Positions 39,082-51,561 of a stretch of DNA of 64,000 bases are shown one piece after another. The notes beneath the pieces were generated by a model, which was not told the origin of the DNA, searched no databases, and saw only the letters and a list, made by a program, of their open reading frames with translations. Origin of the DNA: Octopus sinensis. Taxonomy: Eukaryota. Both the position numbers and the translations under genes were made by a program. Location: the NCBI RefSeq assembly GCF_006345805.1, contig NW_021832227.1, forward strand, positions 372,001 through 436,000. The letters are read 5' to 3'. The first letter of the stretch is position 1; each line of letters begins with the position of its first letter.

Positions 39082-40834
39082 GTCTAAGACATCAAAAAAT
39101 TTCCATACAACGCTCGACATGTTAAAAAAAATATTTAATTACATTTTTAATAAAATAAATTACATATAAATATATTTTTATGTATAATATAATGGCCGAT
39201 TAATCGGTATCGGTGAAATTGGCCGATAATCGGTAATCGGCAAAATCCAAAAATGGTTATCGGTGCATCACTACTAGTAATTATATAAAGACAGGGCATA
39301 CTCGTTGATTGCTTTGAAGAGGTTCGCTGAGTTTAGTTTTGTCTTTGCTAATCCAATAACTCTTTTTTTAACATTCTCGAAGATTGTCTCCAACACTTTT
39401 TGTTTTTGTACATTGCTTCCCCGGTCTTCAAGCACTCCTAGGTATCGATAGCCTTCGATTCCATCCAGAGTTCTGCAGCTCTCCAATGATTCTAGATTAG
39501 TCGCAGACTTCTGAGAGTTCATTTCAAGCCCCGCAACTTCAAAGTACTCAACAATAGTATCCATCATTTTAATGACAGTTTCTTCTTTGTGTGCAAGAAT
39601 CTTTAAGTCGTCAACAAAAAATAGGTGGTTCGTAGAGTATGCCAGCATACTGGGGTCTTGCTGATCTATCCACAGCTTGGGAAATTTGGAATTAAGTATT
39701 CTGCTCAGTGGATCCATTACCAGTACGAACAATTGCGGGGATAAGGCGTCTCCTTGTAGAATTCCACAATTCAATTTAACAGCCCCAATTCTCTTTTTCC
39801 CGAAATGAAGGCAAACTGTCCACCTCTCCACCAGACTTTTTATAAAGTTGGTTATCCATAAAGGAATTCCCGAGCAGTCCAACACATGAAACAGGAATTC
39901 GTGATCCACCGAATCGAAGGCTTTCTTAACATCCACCCATGATGCACAGAGATTATTGCCATATTCTCGATTTATGCACTGATTGATAAGGGTTTGTTCC
40001 TTAGCACCCTGACATGTCTCCTCGTCCCCAATTGATTTTCAGAGACCAAGCCGAACGCATCCACATAGTCAGAGAGTTTGATGTTTACACATTTTGTCAC
40101 AAGTTTATAGAGAGCAGGCATGCACGTTATTGGGCGCAAATCACGGGGATTTTCACAAACTTCTTTCTTCGGAATCATGTAAGTGACGCCCGTATAGAAC
40201 CAGTCTTCAGGGATGTGTTCCTTATTAACTATTCTGTTCACTTCCCGACACAGGTATCCATGTAGTGAGTCAAATCTTTTGATGAAGAAATTATACACTC
40301 CATCGCATCCACATGTCTTCCAGTCGTTGGACCACTTAATGGTCTGTTTAATGAATTCCTCAGTTAACTCCGAGGGTGCACTCTCGATACCGGTGACCCT
40401 CCTGTCACGAACCCAGCTGGCTTAGGAGGGTTCTTCTTGGACCAGACCTGCTTCCAGAAGGACAAGCAATCATTGTCACTGAACTCAAACTCAGCGAGCA
40501 TCTTATCTCCTGATACTTGCCTATAAAATCTTTTCCGATTCAACTCGAAGCACCAGTCTATCCTTTCGAAATTCGGTCCTGGATTTATGCATCAATATCT
40601 TCTTTTCTTTTATTCGAATCATATCTTGTAAAAATGCAAAAAAATATAGAGAAAAGATTATCAAAAAACAATGATTAATTACTATATTTAAAGTCTTGTT
40701 TTTTTAAATAAATGTTTCAGATGTTTATTTAAATGTTCAGAATCATTCAAATAAGTAGTTAAAAATTATAGAAAATTTTTTACAAGATAGGATATTGATT
40801 ATTTCTCTTACTCGCCAATTTTGGCTTGACTGTA

Positions 40835-42051
40835 TTTAAAAATAAAACGTCAGAGCTGAGTTTAGACAATCAAGTAACATCATAAAGAATTCTCATCATT
40901 CGAAAAATAGCTTAAGCCATTCGAAATAATCAAAAGTATGTTAGGTAAAAGAATAATTACAAGTAACTATTTAGAAATAAAACGTCAGAGCTGAGTTTAG
41001 ACAATCAAGTAACATCATTGAGCATTCTCATCATTCGAAAAATAGCTTAAGCCATTCGAAATAATCAAAAGTATGTTAGGTAAAAGAATAATTACAAGTA
41101 ACTATTTAAAAATAAAACGTCAGAGCTGAGTTTAGACAATCAGTAACATCATTAAGCATTCTCATCATTCGAAAAATAGCTTAAGCCATTCGAAATAATC
41201 AAAAGTATGTTAGGTAAAAGAATAATTACAAGTAACTATTTAAAAATAAAGCGTCAGAGCTGAGTTTAGACAATCAAGTAACATCATTAAGCATTCTCAT
41301 CATTCGAAAAATAGCTTAAGCCATTCGAAATAATCAAAAGTATGTTAGGTAAAAGAATAATTACAAGTAACTATTTAAAAATAAAACGTCAGAGCTGAGT
41401 TTAGACAATCAAGTAACATCATTAAGCATTCTCATCATTCGAAAAATAGCTTAAGCCATTCGAAATAATCAAAACTATGTTAGGTAAAAGAATAATTACA
41501 AGTAACTATTTAAAAATAAAGCGTCAGAGCTGAGTTTAGACAATCAAGTAACATCATTAAGCATTCTCATCATTCGAAAAATAGCTTAAGCCATTCGAAA
41601 TAATCAAAAGTATGTTAGGTAAAAGAATAATTACAAGTAACTATTTAAAAATAAAACGTCAGAGCTGAGTTTAGACAATCAAGTAACATCATTGAGCATT
41701 CTCATCATTCGAAAAATAGCTTAAGCCATTCGAAATAATCAAAAGTATGTTAGGTAAAAGAATAATACAAGTAACTATTTAAAAATAAAACGTCAGAGCT
41801 GAGTTTAGACAATCAAGTAACATCATTAAGAATTCTCATCATCGAAAAACAGTTTAAGCCATTTAAGATAATTTAAAGTATGTTAGGGAAATGAATGATT
41901 AAAAATAACGTCAGAGCTGAGTTTAGACAATCAAGTCACATCATTAAGAATTCTCATCATCGAAAAACAGTTTAAGCCATTTAAGATAATTAAAAGTATG
42001 CTAGGGAAATGAATGATTAAAAATAACGTCAGAGCTGAGTTTAGACAATCA
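40835..42051. repeat. Tandem array: 7 units of 134-135 bp, 2 of 118 bp and one partial
   Basis: cagagctgag recurs at 40851, 40986, 41121, 41255, 41390, 41525, 41660, 41794, 41912 and 42030. Confidence 0.97.
40848..40902 (-). ncRNA. Candidate minimal box C/D guide RNA (first of 9 complete tandem copies) antisense to the 28S rRNA PTC
   Basis: Minus strand reads CG-AAU-GAUGA...GUCUAAACUCAGCU-CUGA-CG; the guide is complementary to conserved LSU AGCUGGGUUUAGAC with one G-U pair. Confidence 0.5.
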
Positions 42052-42504
42052 TTTCATATCATGACATATCACTCATCTTTCGTTAAACTAAAATATGCAG
42101 GTGAAATGTATTTCATTTAATTAGTAATATCAAATTAAATAACGCACACAACAAAGAGAACAACAAGATAACGCGTGATTTATGCTTTTTATTTATAGAT
42201 ATATTGTAATTTATTATTTTACATTAATTTATATAAAATTTTAACAAACTAATTAATGCAAGTCAAAAAATTACCCCTGCCTATTCCAGTTGATAATCTC
42301 TCAATGTTTTCACTTGTTTATCGTTATTTTCTGCATTTTTTTCAAATGGAAAAGTAGTTATTTCAAGCGATCTCCTTCGTCATCTGTCAGGATCCTAATA
42401 AGTCATAAGTTGCAGTGGAGATTTTCTGTTTTTAAAGACCAGCTGATTTTACCCGATATTCTTATTTGCTCGTTTGTAATTTTAATACTTTATTAATAAA
42501 AAGA

Positions 42505-42870
42505 AGATGCAGTCCAGCGCCTCTCGGTGACTAAACGTCAGGAAAAGACTGGATCGGCGAGCATCAAATGAGATACTCTCCAGAGTCTTCTTAACTACAG
42601 TTGACTGTATATAAGCCTGTAAAGACTTATCTACACCCAGCTGTCTTAAGTACCCCTTGTGGTATTTAGTGACTAGTCCATGTCATCACACGCGGAATGA
42701 CATGAACCTAACACTGGTGCATCAGCCCTAACTCGTTTGCAAGGAGGTCATACTTTATCTTTTTCTCCACTTCCACTGTCTGCAAACGATCTAAAAACGT
42801 GATGCCCACTTCAGCGATAACTATCTCCCCGGTGACCTTATAGTGGACCACAACATCAGGTCTTTGCTCG
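42505..42870 (-). mobile_element. 3' fragment of R4/Dong-like element
   Basis: RPDVVVH..EVGIT..KYDLLANELGL, near-identical to 36135-36510. Confidence 0.85.
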
Positions 42871-43038
42871 TTTATAATGTATGCGATAGTAGTAATCCAG
42901 ATTAAGATCGAATTGTGGTTGAATGATAGATCGTAGATGATCTGCCCAAATAATTTTAGCGACAAATGGATCTGAAGAGGTTTTTAAGTTTTATCGACGA
43001 TGGGCACTTTCTATTTTGTTAATATCGATCGTTTAGAA

Positions 43039-43560
43039 CAGCGGTTCTCAAATGCGGCCCCCGGGGCCCACGATTTTTTTTGCGGCCCCTCTAGAGTAAC
43101 TAACTTTTTTAATTTTTTAATAATGTTTAAATTTAATTATTCATTCTTAAGGTTAAACATATCCATAATTGGTGATTTCATTAATCAATTTGAAGCACGT
43201 TTTGGGGTACATTTATATAAATTTAATTTTTAGAATTTTAAAGAATTCCTTCCTTTAATGAAAATATTCACAACTCCATTCAGCGTGGAAATTAAGGATG
43301 CGCCTGCAAAGTTTCAACTAGAACTCATTAATTTACAACATGATATAGAACTGGCGGCCATTATTAATTTTTACGAATTAATTCCTCAAGACAAATTCAA
43401 AAATATAACACACAATGCATATATGAATCTACATATTTATGCGAATCAATATTTAGTAAAATGGAAAATATAAAAATATATAAAATATTTTTTGTGCGGC
43501 CCGCGAAGCTAATCTTAATTATCGATTTGGCCCTTGAGCTAAAAAGGTTGAGAACCCCTG
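43039..43560 (+). mobile_element. Non-autonomous hAT (Buster group)
   Basis: TIRs cagcggttctcaa/ttgagaacccctg, TSD gtttagaa, remnant FQLELINLQ. Confidence 0.88.
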
Positions 43561-45056
43561 GTTTAGAATAACAAGATCCTCCTTATTTTGATTGGCCCTT
43601 GAATCAGATTGCTGATAGTCAGACAACTACTTTTTTCCCTGACGTGTGATTTGAGCCAACTAAAAAACATTTATAGGTCGACGAATCGGAGAAGAAGACC
43701 AAGTGATTAACAAGATTTTCAACCTTCAGATTGTACAAATTTGGCAAAAAATCGCTGCTTTCGTTCCATCCGTAATTAAAAAATATACATTCTTAATAAT
43801 TATTGATTAAATATAAATAATAGTTAAAATAATTGATATATTAAGTTGAAAATGCTTTTTTCTATGTGATACATGATAAATATTTCAAATAAACAGATAT
43901 CTGTATAATTTTTAACTCAAATAAATAAATAGAACAAAAAGTTATGTCTACCTCCTAACCAAACGATTCCCATACTTCAATCAATGATACAAGATAAAAT
44001 TCAAGGAGTTATGTACTGTGTAAACTGGAGACATTTTATAGCATTATCGATAAGAATAGAAGTCTATTGTGCCATGCTGGAGATGAAAAATTCAACAATT
44101 CTTTTTTTGTTTATACTGTTTTGGATATATGGAATATTGAATGTAAAATGGAATGGATTGTAAATAATGAATCGCCAGATATGATTATCGCTAACTGCTC
44201 TGTAAAAAATTAATTAGATTTATCACAGGAAACAAATTTTTCAATGACGAGTCTTTGGGATGTTTTTATTGTTATCTGCGGAAAAAAGTCGCCTCCTGGT
44301 TTATTAATGTTAAAAGTAAATATATTTGAATTAATTAAAGCTGACCAACTTAAAAAATCGTCTATCGAAATTTGGATATTTTGAAGATTAAATTGATTAT
44401 TTGTTTAAAACAGCAAATAATTCTATAAAGTTTTTATTTTCACTTTTTCTCGCGTACTTAGCTTAATATTTGTATAATTTTGTTACACGAATTAGTAAGT
44501 CTTTTATTACATTTAAATCAAGAATAATATTCTGAGCTAAACTTTTTTAAGGATAAAATAGTAAAAAATTGTTCTAGGTTTTATAATTTTGCTGTGTTTT
44601 GTATCTTGGTTCATCCTCATTCATTGTCGTCTACTTGTAGTTTAATGAACCTTCAAAAAAGGCAAGCGTGTACGCAATTTGTGAGTTTTGTTACATCCTG
44701 TCTCCTAAGTATCCTGTGCGCCTTGATCGGCATAATTTTTAAAAAAAAACACATCTTACCCTTTTATTGCATTTGCCAGAAAGTGGAACCTGCACAATTT
44801 TAGATCCCTCTATTACAGAACCAAGGCAAAGTTACCCTAGAAAACTTCATATTTGATCTCTAAGAATTATATCACTTGTTCAATTTCTCGCTCTGAAATT
44901 GTCAAAAATGTGTCAATTGCCAGCCAAGTGGCTTTTGAATATAAATAATTGATCGGTTTATTGCCGATCTTGTGGATTTAAGCGCGTATAAATTGAAAAA
45001 CAATGGATTTTGGTCATTGTTGACTCTCACCAAATTTGGTGTGGTCAGGCTACGTA

Positions 45057-46291
45057 CAGTGACTCCTCTGAAATTGGCCATTTTTGGTTCCACGTGTTTT
45101 TGTGGTCAATTCGAGAAATGGCCAATTTGAGAAATAAAATCAATCTTTTGTGTAAATTAAATTTTGAATAAGAACAACTTTTATCCAGAAAATTTTAAGT
45201 AATTAAGCATTATTAATGTTCTTAAAGTAGAATTGGATGCCCATCTGCTTTTTTTGAGTTTTAATGACATTTTCCTTATAGCACCTTATGGATGTAATCA
45301 ATTGAACTTCATGTTCGTTCTCAATGTTTTTTAGGAGGTCGTTTTCAATTTTAGTTAACTTAACCACAATGTCTTCTTTGTCAATTGAATCATTGGATTC
45401 TACTTCATTGAATTCTACTTCAGCTTCTACTTCTTCTTCATTTTTTATATTTTCAATATTCTCAACGTCTTGAAATGTATCATTTTCAGAATATTCAAAA
45501 TTAAGAAATTCTTCGACTTCTAAGGGATCAAAAATGTCAGTTTTTCTACTGCAATATCTTGAACTTCAACTACATGATTCTTTTTGAATGGGTTGCTTGA
45601 TATTTCTATGAATTTTTCGATAAATAAGTCGACATCTACTGGATCATTAGTTCTCATTTCTCCATGTAACTTGGTCATTCGAAAACCATGCCTCTTTTTG
45701 AATTTATGAAGGTATCCATTTGAGTTTTTAAAATTATCCAGTTTTAATTCAGCTGCGAATAAATTAGCCTTATTTGAAATTAAAGCATCATTAAGAAAGC
45801 CACCTTAATCATAAATTAGTACAAATTACCTTTAGACTCAATCGAATCCATCCATTCAACTAACATAGCATCAAGGTGTGGGAACTTAAGTCTATGCGCA
45901 TTTTTTGAAGATAGATTTTGTTTTTTACACACTTTGAGAAAAAAATCTTTTTTTCAAAATAATATTATTAATTGTTTTTCTGGAAATCTTCTTTTTAAAC
46001 AAATGGGAAAATCTATCAGCCAAATACTGACATGAAACATCTTCATTTTGATTTTTATAAGTTAAAATCTGTATTTTTTGATAAAAAGTGAAACGAGTAT
46101 AATTACCACGAGAATTGTTCGAAGACATAAAATAACAGGAATTTTATTAATTTGCAAATTATATAAAATATATTTTAAAATTTATGGTCAATTTGAGAAT
46201 TGGCCACTTTCAATGGAAATTCGAATTTTTCTTAAGATAATTTTATAAGTGTGGTCAATTTCAGAGGTGGCCAATTTCAGAGGAGTCACTG
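45057..46291 (-). mobile_element. pogo/Tigger-like deletion derivative with a 26-nt intron at 45804-45829
   Basis: 24-bp TIRs cagtgactcctctgaaattggcca, TA TSD, CENP-B-type HTH FKNSNGYLHKFKKRHG..LHGE. Confidence 0.9.
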
Positions 46292-47419
46292 TATTATTGT
46301 CAGGGAGCGTGGAATTTTCAATGTTTCTTTAACTGAGCCCAATTCTCTGCCAATTTTGTTTAAAAGAATTTGAATTTTTTGCTAAGTAAGTGGATAAACT
46401 ACGCGTTTGTTGCTTCAGTGACTCCTTTCCACTGCTAAAATCAAAGAATATTCTAGAAAGCAGGAACAAAACCTGCTATTGATTGGTCACAAACCTCGTT
46501 TTGATTGAATGGTCGGATTTCCGTTGTTTTTGAACTCGACATAGTTTCCTTTTTGACAGATTTTTTGTTAAATGTGAAGATATCTTTTTTATCCCGAATC
46601 CGGTCCGACGCAGTCGTGAATATCGAGTGCATTCCCAGGTTTTCTAAATCTGGGGTTCAAGCGAACAAGCATGCTTATTCTCTAATTTGAGTTGCCCAAA
46701 TATGTCTGCCTCATAAAATTCCGACCTCACGGATTGTTGTTCTGCATGTTAAATTAGTGGTTTCTGCTTGTCCTACTCCGACAATCAAATGGAGTAGTAC
46801 TTTTCACCACCTTTTGGTGAAACCTCTGAACTTTTCGGTGCTATTTTTAGTCCTCGACTCCATAATCAGTCAGCCATTATAAAATATAATTAGAGTTTTT
46901 AATTTCGCTTCACAATTTTAAAATGACTCGTCACTTGACGCCAATTCATCCTGTAGTTTGGATTCCTGTCCTACTCAGGTTTTATTTTAGTTCAAATCTT
47001 GATAAAATTAAAAATGGCATTCGACAAATAACACATAACTGCACCGCAGAACTAACGCTGTCCTGGAGTACACACTCGCTAAGAAGGGAGTGCAATGGCA
47101 TTTCCACGTATGGAGGACGCTTTTTCCCCAGGTTTTGCTGGACGGTACCACCTGTAGCCCACTCGGAAGACATTCCACGCTTCGGCCAAGCTGACTCGGA
47201 TGCTATTAGCAGCTTAGCGGACTTTGTCGGTGAAGACGGTAACTCGGATGTTATGTTTGATTTTAACTGGAGCTCTTTTTTGTGCTTTTTACGCTAAGTT
47301 TAAGTGGAATTTTGAAATCACAATAATGAAAAAACCTTTGAAAAAACCTTTTTTTAAAGTCTTAAAGTAAGTAATCTATTTTATTTTAAAAACAGAGACA
47401 GTGACATAAATTTTTGACG

Positions 47420-47600
47420 TCCGATACAACGAGACGGCTGCTCTAGGCTCTCGAACTCTCCTGAGGGAACGTCTATTTGCTGTCTGGAGACAAGCTAGGC
47501 GGTTACCGGTCCCGATTGATAATTAGGTCGGTCACTTGAGATCGTCTCCGGTAAGACCGGATAGATTTCTCAATGTGAAGAAGTTCAGGGATGTACTATA
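47420..47600 (+). ncRNA. Unassigned structured RNA candidate (long interrupted hairpin)
   Basis: Nested pairings gaact/agttc, tgaggga/tttctca, tctatttg/cggataga, ctggagac/gtctccgg and ccgatt/ggtcgg in a GC-richer island without a long ORF. Confidence 0.4.
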
Positions 47601-47751
47601 AATTATTTTGAATAAATTTATATTGTATTAATACAACAGCTTATTAAAAAACTGACATTCTGGACCATATTCCCTGTTAAAATACTACACACTCTGTGAT
47701 AAAAAAACATTTCAAAACAAATTTAACGAAAAGTTAAGAAAAGTAGGAAAA

Positions 47752-48779
47752 CTAGAGTACTAATCCGCCATCGAGAAAGTCATCAATCATAATGTCCCAA
47801 TCTTCAACCCACTCATCTCCCTCCAAGACTTCATAACACTTAAGTATATGGTCTTCAGTATAACCCCCAATGGCATACAACCGTTCCTTTACATTCAACA
47901 ACGTAAGCTAAAACTATTACAACTTGGCATCAACATTTGATCTCGGATTCTGTAATGATGGACCACTTCGCCACGAATCGGTCTCAATAGTGTATATATA
48001 AACGTCACTGACGTCCCCAGGATAATATTCCACAATTCCGTGTCCCCCCACCATGTAAATCTCGCCAGACAGGACTGCACAGGCGGTGCTACTCAGAGGT
48101 TTAGGGGAATCTGCGATTGGAATCCACAGGTTGGTCTCAATCTCATATTTGGCACAGCCTTTGGATACAAAGGAAGGGGTAAACTTGATACAAATCCGCG
48201 GGCAGTCATTCCCCCAAAAATGTAGATAAATTTATCATAAAGTACGGATGAAAAGTCTGACCGACCTTCTGGAATGGGAGATAAACTTTCCCAAATCCAC
48301 TGCCCGTCGTCAAAACACCTTAAAAATGTCCAGAAAACTTCAAACTTGTATAGGTTTGAAATTGGGGGAGCATTTTCGTGTGTTCTTCCCCCCATGACGT
48401 ACAGATTTGTTTCGGTTGAACACATTTGGAACTTTGCCAGTGGCTGAGGGAGCACTCCACAATCATAGCGAACTGTGTTTGTATCACAATCAAATCTACA
48501 GATGACCAGAGTGGCAAAAACAAATGAATCAAATCTTTACTTTGTTCAGAAATACAGCAAGTATTTGTAGTGGGAAGGACACCACCGGCAATTACAACTC
48601 GGTTTCCAAGACGGGCAACTTTAAAAAAACGAACAGCTTCTGTCAGTTCGCACACAAGCTTGCTTTCTTTTGTCTCAAGGTCGTAAATAATAATCTGCTT
48701 ATCATCATTCCCGACTGGAGAGTGATAATAAACTTAAACTTAAGAGTAGTTTCGAGTTTGTGGAGAAGGAAGAATTCAT
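47752..48779 (-). CDS. Kelch-repeat beta-propeller protein (no BTB seen), with microintrons
   Basis: Blades RVVIAGG, NLYVMGG, FIYIFGG, EIYMVGG and RLYAIGG; ATG at 48779 followed by a 25-nt GT-AG intron; TAG at 47752. Confidence 0.8.
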
Positions 48780-49987
48780 TCTGTTAACTATTTTATTGAA
48801 AATCTATAATTGTTAATATTAATAATAATTTGTGGGAAATGATACAATAAGTTGTATTGACCGCATTTAATTTGATTTATTTTCAAAATTAAAGATTATA
48901 GTAAAGTATCCTGGGTTGTGCCGTAGTTAACATAGACCGCGTAGGACTCTTTCCCATATGAAAACAATTGGAACAATTTTCATTTTTGCGTGATTAAAAA
49001 TATTCAGTTCTTTCGAAATTTGATTATGTTTTCTCAATTTTTTTCAATTTCACTTGTAAATTATCTGCAGGGGTTACTATAACTTCTAGAAGAAATATAT
49101 TCCTCTTTTTTTGAACAAAAATAGATCCCTCTTATTTTAACACATTTGTAACCACTGATTAAACAGAATGAGTCTTAAGTCTTTTTTTACTCCAAATTTG
49201 TGACAAAAATGAAAATGAAGGCACTTTCCAATCTCATTATATCTCCTGACATATTCTTTGTAGAGCATCTTTCCACATTTTGCCATACAATGTTCGTCAT
49301 TTTTCCTCCATTTTTTGCAAAAACTACATATTGCATTTGCCTCTGAAAAGAACAGATTTGACTGAGTTCAGTTGGAATTGGTTAACTTCTAAATTCTCGA
49401 AATCAATTCGGTAGAGATTCTGTTCAACATTTGTATCATTTTGACAATAACCTTTTTCATCCTCGAGATGAGGATATTTGCTAGAGACCAAACACAACAG
49501 ATGATATCACATATATGCATTGTTGTGTTTAACTCCCACTTTCTACTAAGTAATCTGATGTCCTCAACACTTTGTTCCGGAATTACAGAGTTTTCAAAAA
49601 GTCGTATTAAGAAGTGATGCACATAGTCCTGACCCGTGTTTGTTCTTTAACGCCATGATATCTTTTTCTCTTCTCTATTTGATTCCTGGACTGTTAATTA
49701 GTCATTCTCGGACAGCAAATTTTAATCCTGAACAGCATGGAGTTGTATATTACAGTCCCGTCCAAATGTTAGAGGCACCCTATTTTTTCCCTAAAAAAGG
49801 CACTTATTTGTCATTTTTCGAAAGATTTTAAAGAATAAATTAAGTTTTTAAAGGAAATTAAACATTTCCAAAGTTTTTATAAATATTCGACCGATAGTAT
49901 TCTCAAACTTGAAAACAAAAAATAATTGGTCGCTCATATGTTAGAGGCACTTATGTAAAAAGCAATAATTCTATAATTTATTATTAT

Positions 49988-50428
49988 TAATTCTAATGGC
50001 TGAAGAGTATGCTCTGGATACTGGAATTCAGCCGTCGTGGGTTCGAATCCAGAAGAGGCTACTTTGGAGTCGGGGTTAATCTCGTCGAAGTTCCTTTGCC
50101 CGTGAGGTGACGAGTACATCTGGCACGACACAGTATGTCAAAAGGGATCTCCTTCCTATCCGGCCTTAGAAAGGCGTTACGTGTTCCACCAAATTCACTT
50201 GGAGATTTCGACTGGATTTGGAAACGCCGAGGGGGCACCTAATGCTCACCGAAAAAGGACCAATAGCTCTCCTACCCCCTGGGACATCGTCGTCGCAGGA
50301 CGATGCACTTTGCATAGGATTGAACCTTTCCGGAGGATCTCCGTCGAAGTGCGTCGGGATCACACGCTAATTAGTTCGGTCTTAACTGTGGTCTGGTGTT
50401 TAATAAATAAATAAATAAATAAAATAAA
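49988..50428 (+). mobile_element. tRNA-derived SINE-like insertion
   Basis: A-box-like tggctgaagagt, B box ggttcgaatcc, GC-rich hairpin-rich body and (TAAA)n tail; no clear TSD. Confidence 0.65.
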
Positions 50429-51561
50429 AAATTCAAATGCCTCGTGTATCAGCTTATAACAGGTTTCTCGTCATCGAAAAATTAAAATGTGGCGAATCTC
50501 AGGTGAAAATATCCAAAGATTTGGGAATCTCTCGTTGGCCATTCAAAAAATTAAAAAGCGATTTTTACACGGATATTTATATAACGATATGCCAAAAAAG
50601 GGAAGGAACAAAAAATTAACCAAAAATGATGAACGCTATCTTATCAGAATGTCAAAATTACACCCAAAAATGACCGCCAACGATCTTCTTATATGCTGTA
50701 ACTTTTCCGGAAAAGTGAGTCTTTCGACAATTAAACGAATTTTGAGACGCAACAATTTATTCGGACGCATTCCAGTGAAAAAACCAAAATTGACTGCATC
50801 TCAGGTTGATAAAAGATATACATGGTGTCTTACTAAAATTCCGTGGAATCAAGACGACTGGAATTTAGTGATATTTTCTGATGAATGCCGGATTCAGTTA
50901 AATCAGATGTCTAGGCAATACATAAGAAGACCCCCTGGATCAAAATTACAGAAAGAATATTCAATTGAAACTGTGAAATTCCCTTTATCAATTACGATCT
51001 GGGGAGCAATTAAAAGCAATGGGCAAAGATCAATTGTCCTTTGCCGAAAAACAGTCGACTCCGCCGAATATCAACGCGTTATAAAAGAAGGATTTGAAAA
51101 TTTTTATGAAGAAAATTATTTTCTTCAGCAAGATGGAGCAACATGTCATACATCAAAATCCACTAGAGCGTTTATGGCCGAAAACAACATAAAACTCATG
51201 GAAAAATGGCCAAGTCAATCTCCTGACTTAAATATAATTGAAAATCTATGGGCAATTTTAAAAAAAGAAGTTAAAAAATGTGGAGCATCAACGATTCAAG
51301 AATTATGGAATGAAACAAGGAAGGCCTGGGAAAACATTGATACAGGTGTGGTTATTATGTCGCGTCCCATGGTGGTTACGCATCCCATGCTGGCTACATG
51401 TCACCTGTCAATCGATCATTTTTACGAGGTCATTGGCTGTCAGATGTCATAATTAATGTGGTTTAATCATTCGTTACTTGTGTGGGCATATTTAATATTT
51501 TTAGCGTTATTATTCAATTTTCAACATGTCCTCTTTAAAATGTATTCCCCTGTATATGTAA

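Larger units (their letters stand above)
35733..39272 (-). mobile_element. hAT Ac-group (BED finger) transposon, one end lost, carrying two nested insertions
   Basis: Terminus tagtgatgcaccgat with atcgg subterminal repeats; reconstructed MSSVVWKFFDVLDDNSFFCVCKLC..TTSNMINHLRVYH..LLPYSFVGDIGFIRLL..PSRKYFS..SLTIDIWT. Confidence 0.85.
34300..40620 (-). mobile_element. R4/Dong-like RLE non-LTR retrotransposon split by nested insertions (5' part 39274-40620, 3' part 34300-35722)
   Basis: LRPITC, DVKKAFDSV, LQGDALSP, FVDDLK, YRYLG and AINEYALSLYNY (ends 39274) resume as YIGLI...ERLYL..GRGL..QDRN..CxxC..RHNEVV..KPDI..IEVGIT from 35720. Confidence 0.85.

Noticed and set aside
40835-42051. CRISPR array or spliced-leader gene array
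   Set aside because: Units are identical throughout (no unique spacers), no cas genes, and no convincing donor plus Sm-site arrangement.
47060-47140. U1-like ccattgcactcc and acctgg on the minus strand
   Set aside because: No ACUUACCU 5' end or loop I, wrong spacing, and it lies in an open reading frame.
48900-49700. Possible BTB half of the Kelch gene or another spliced gene (also 46300-47330)
   Set aside because: Kelch has its own ATG at 48779, and I could not build a consistent spliced ORF or recognise a domain.
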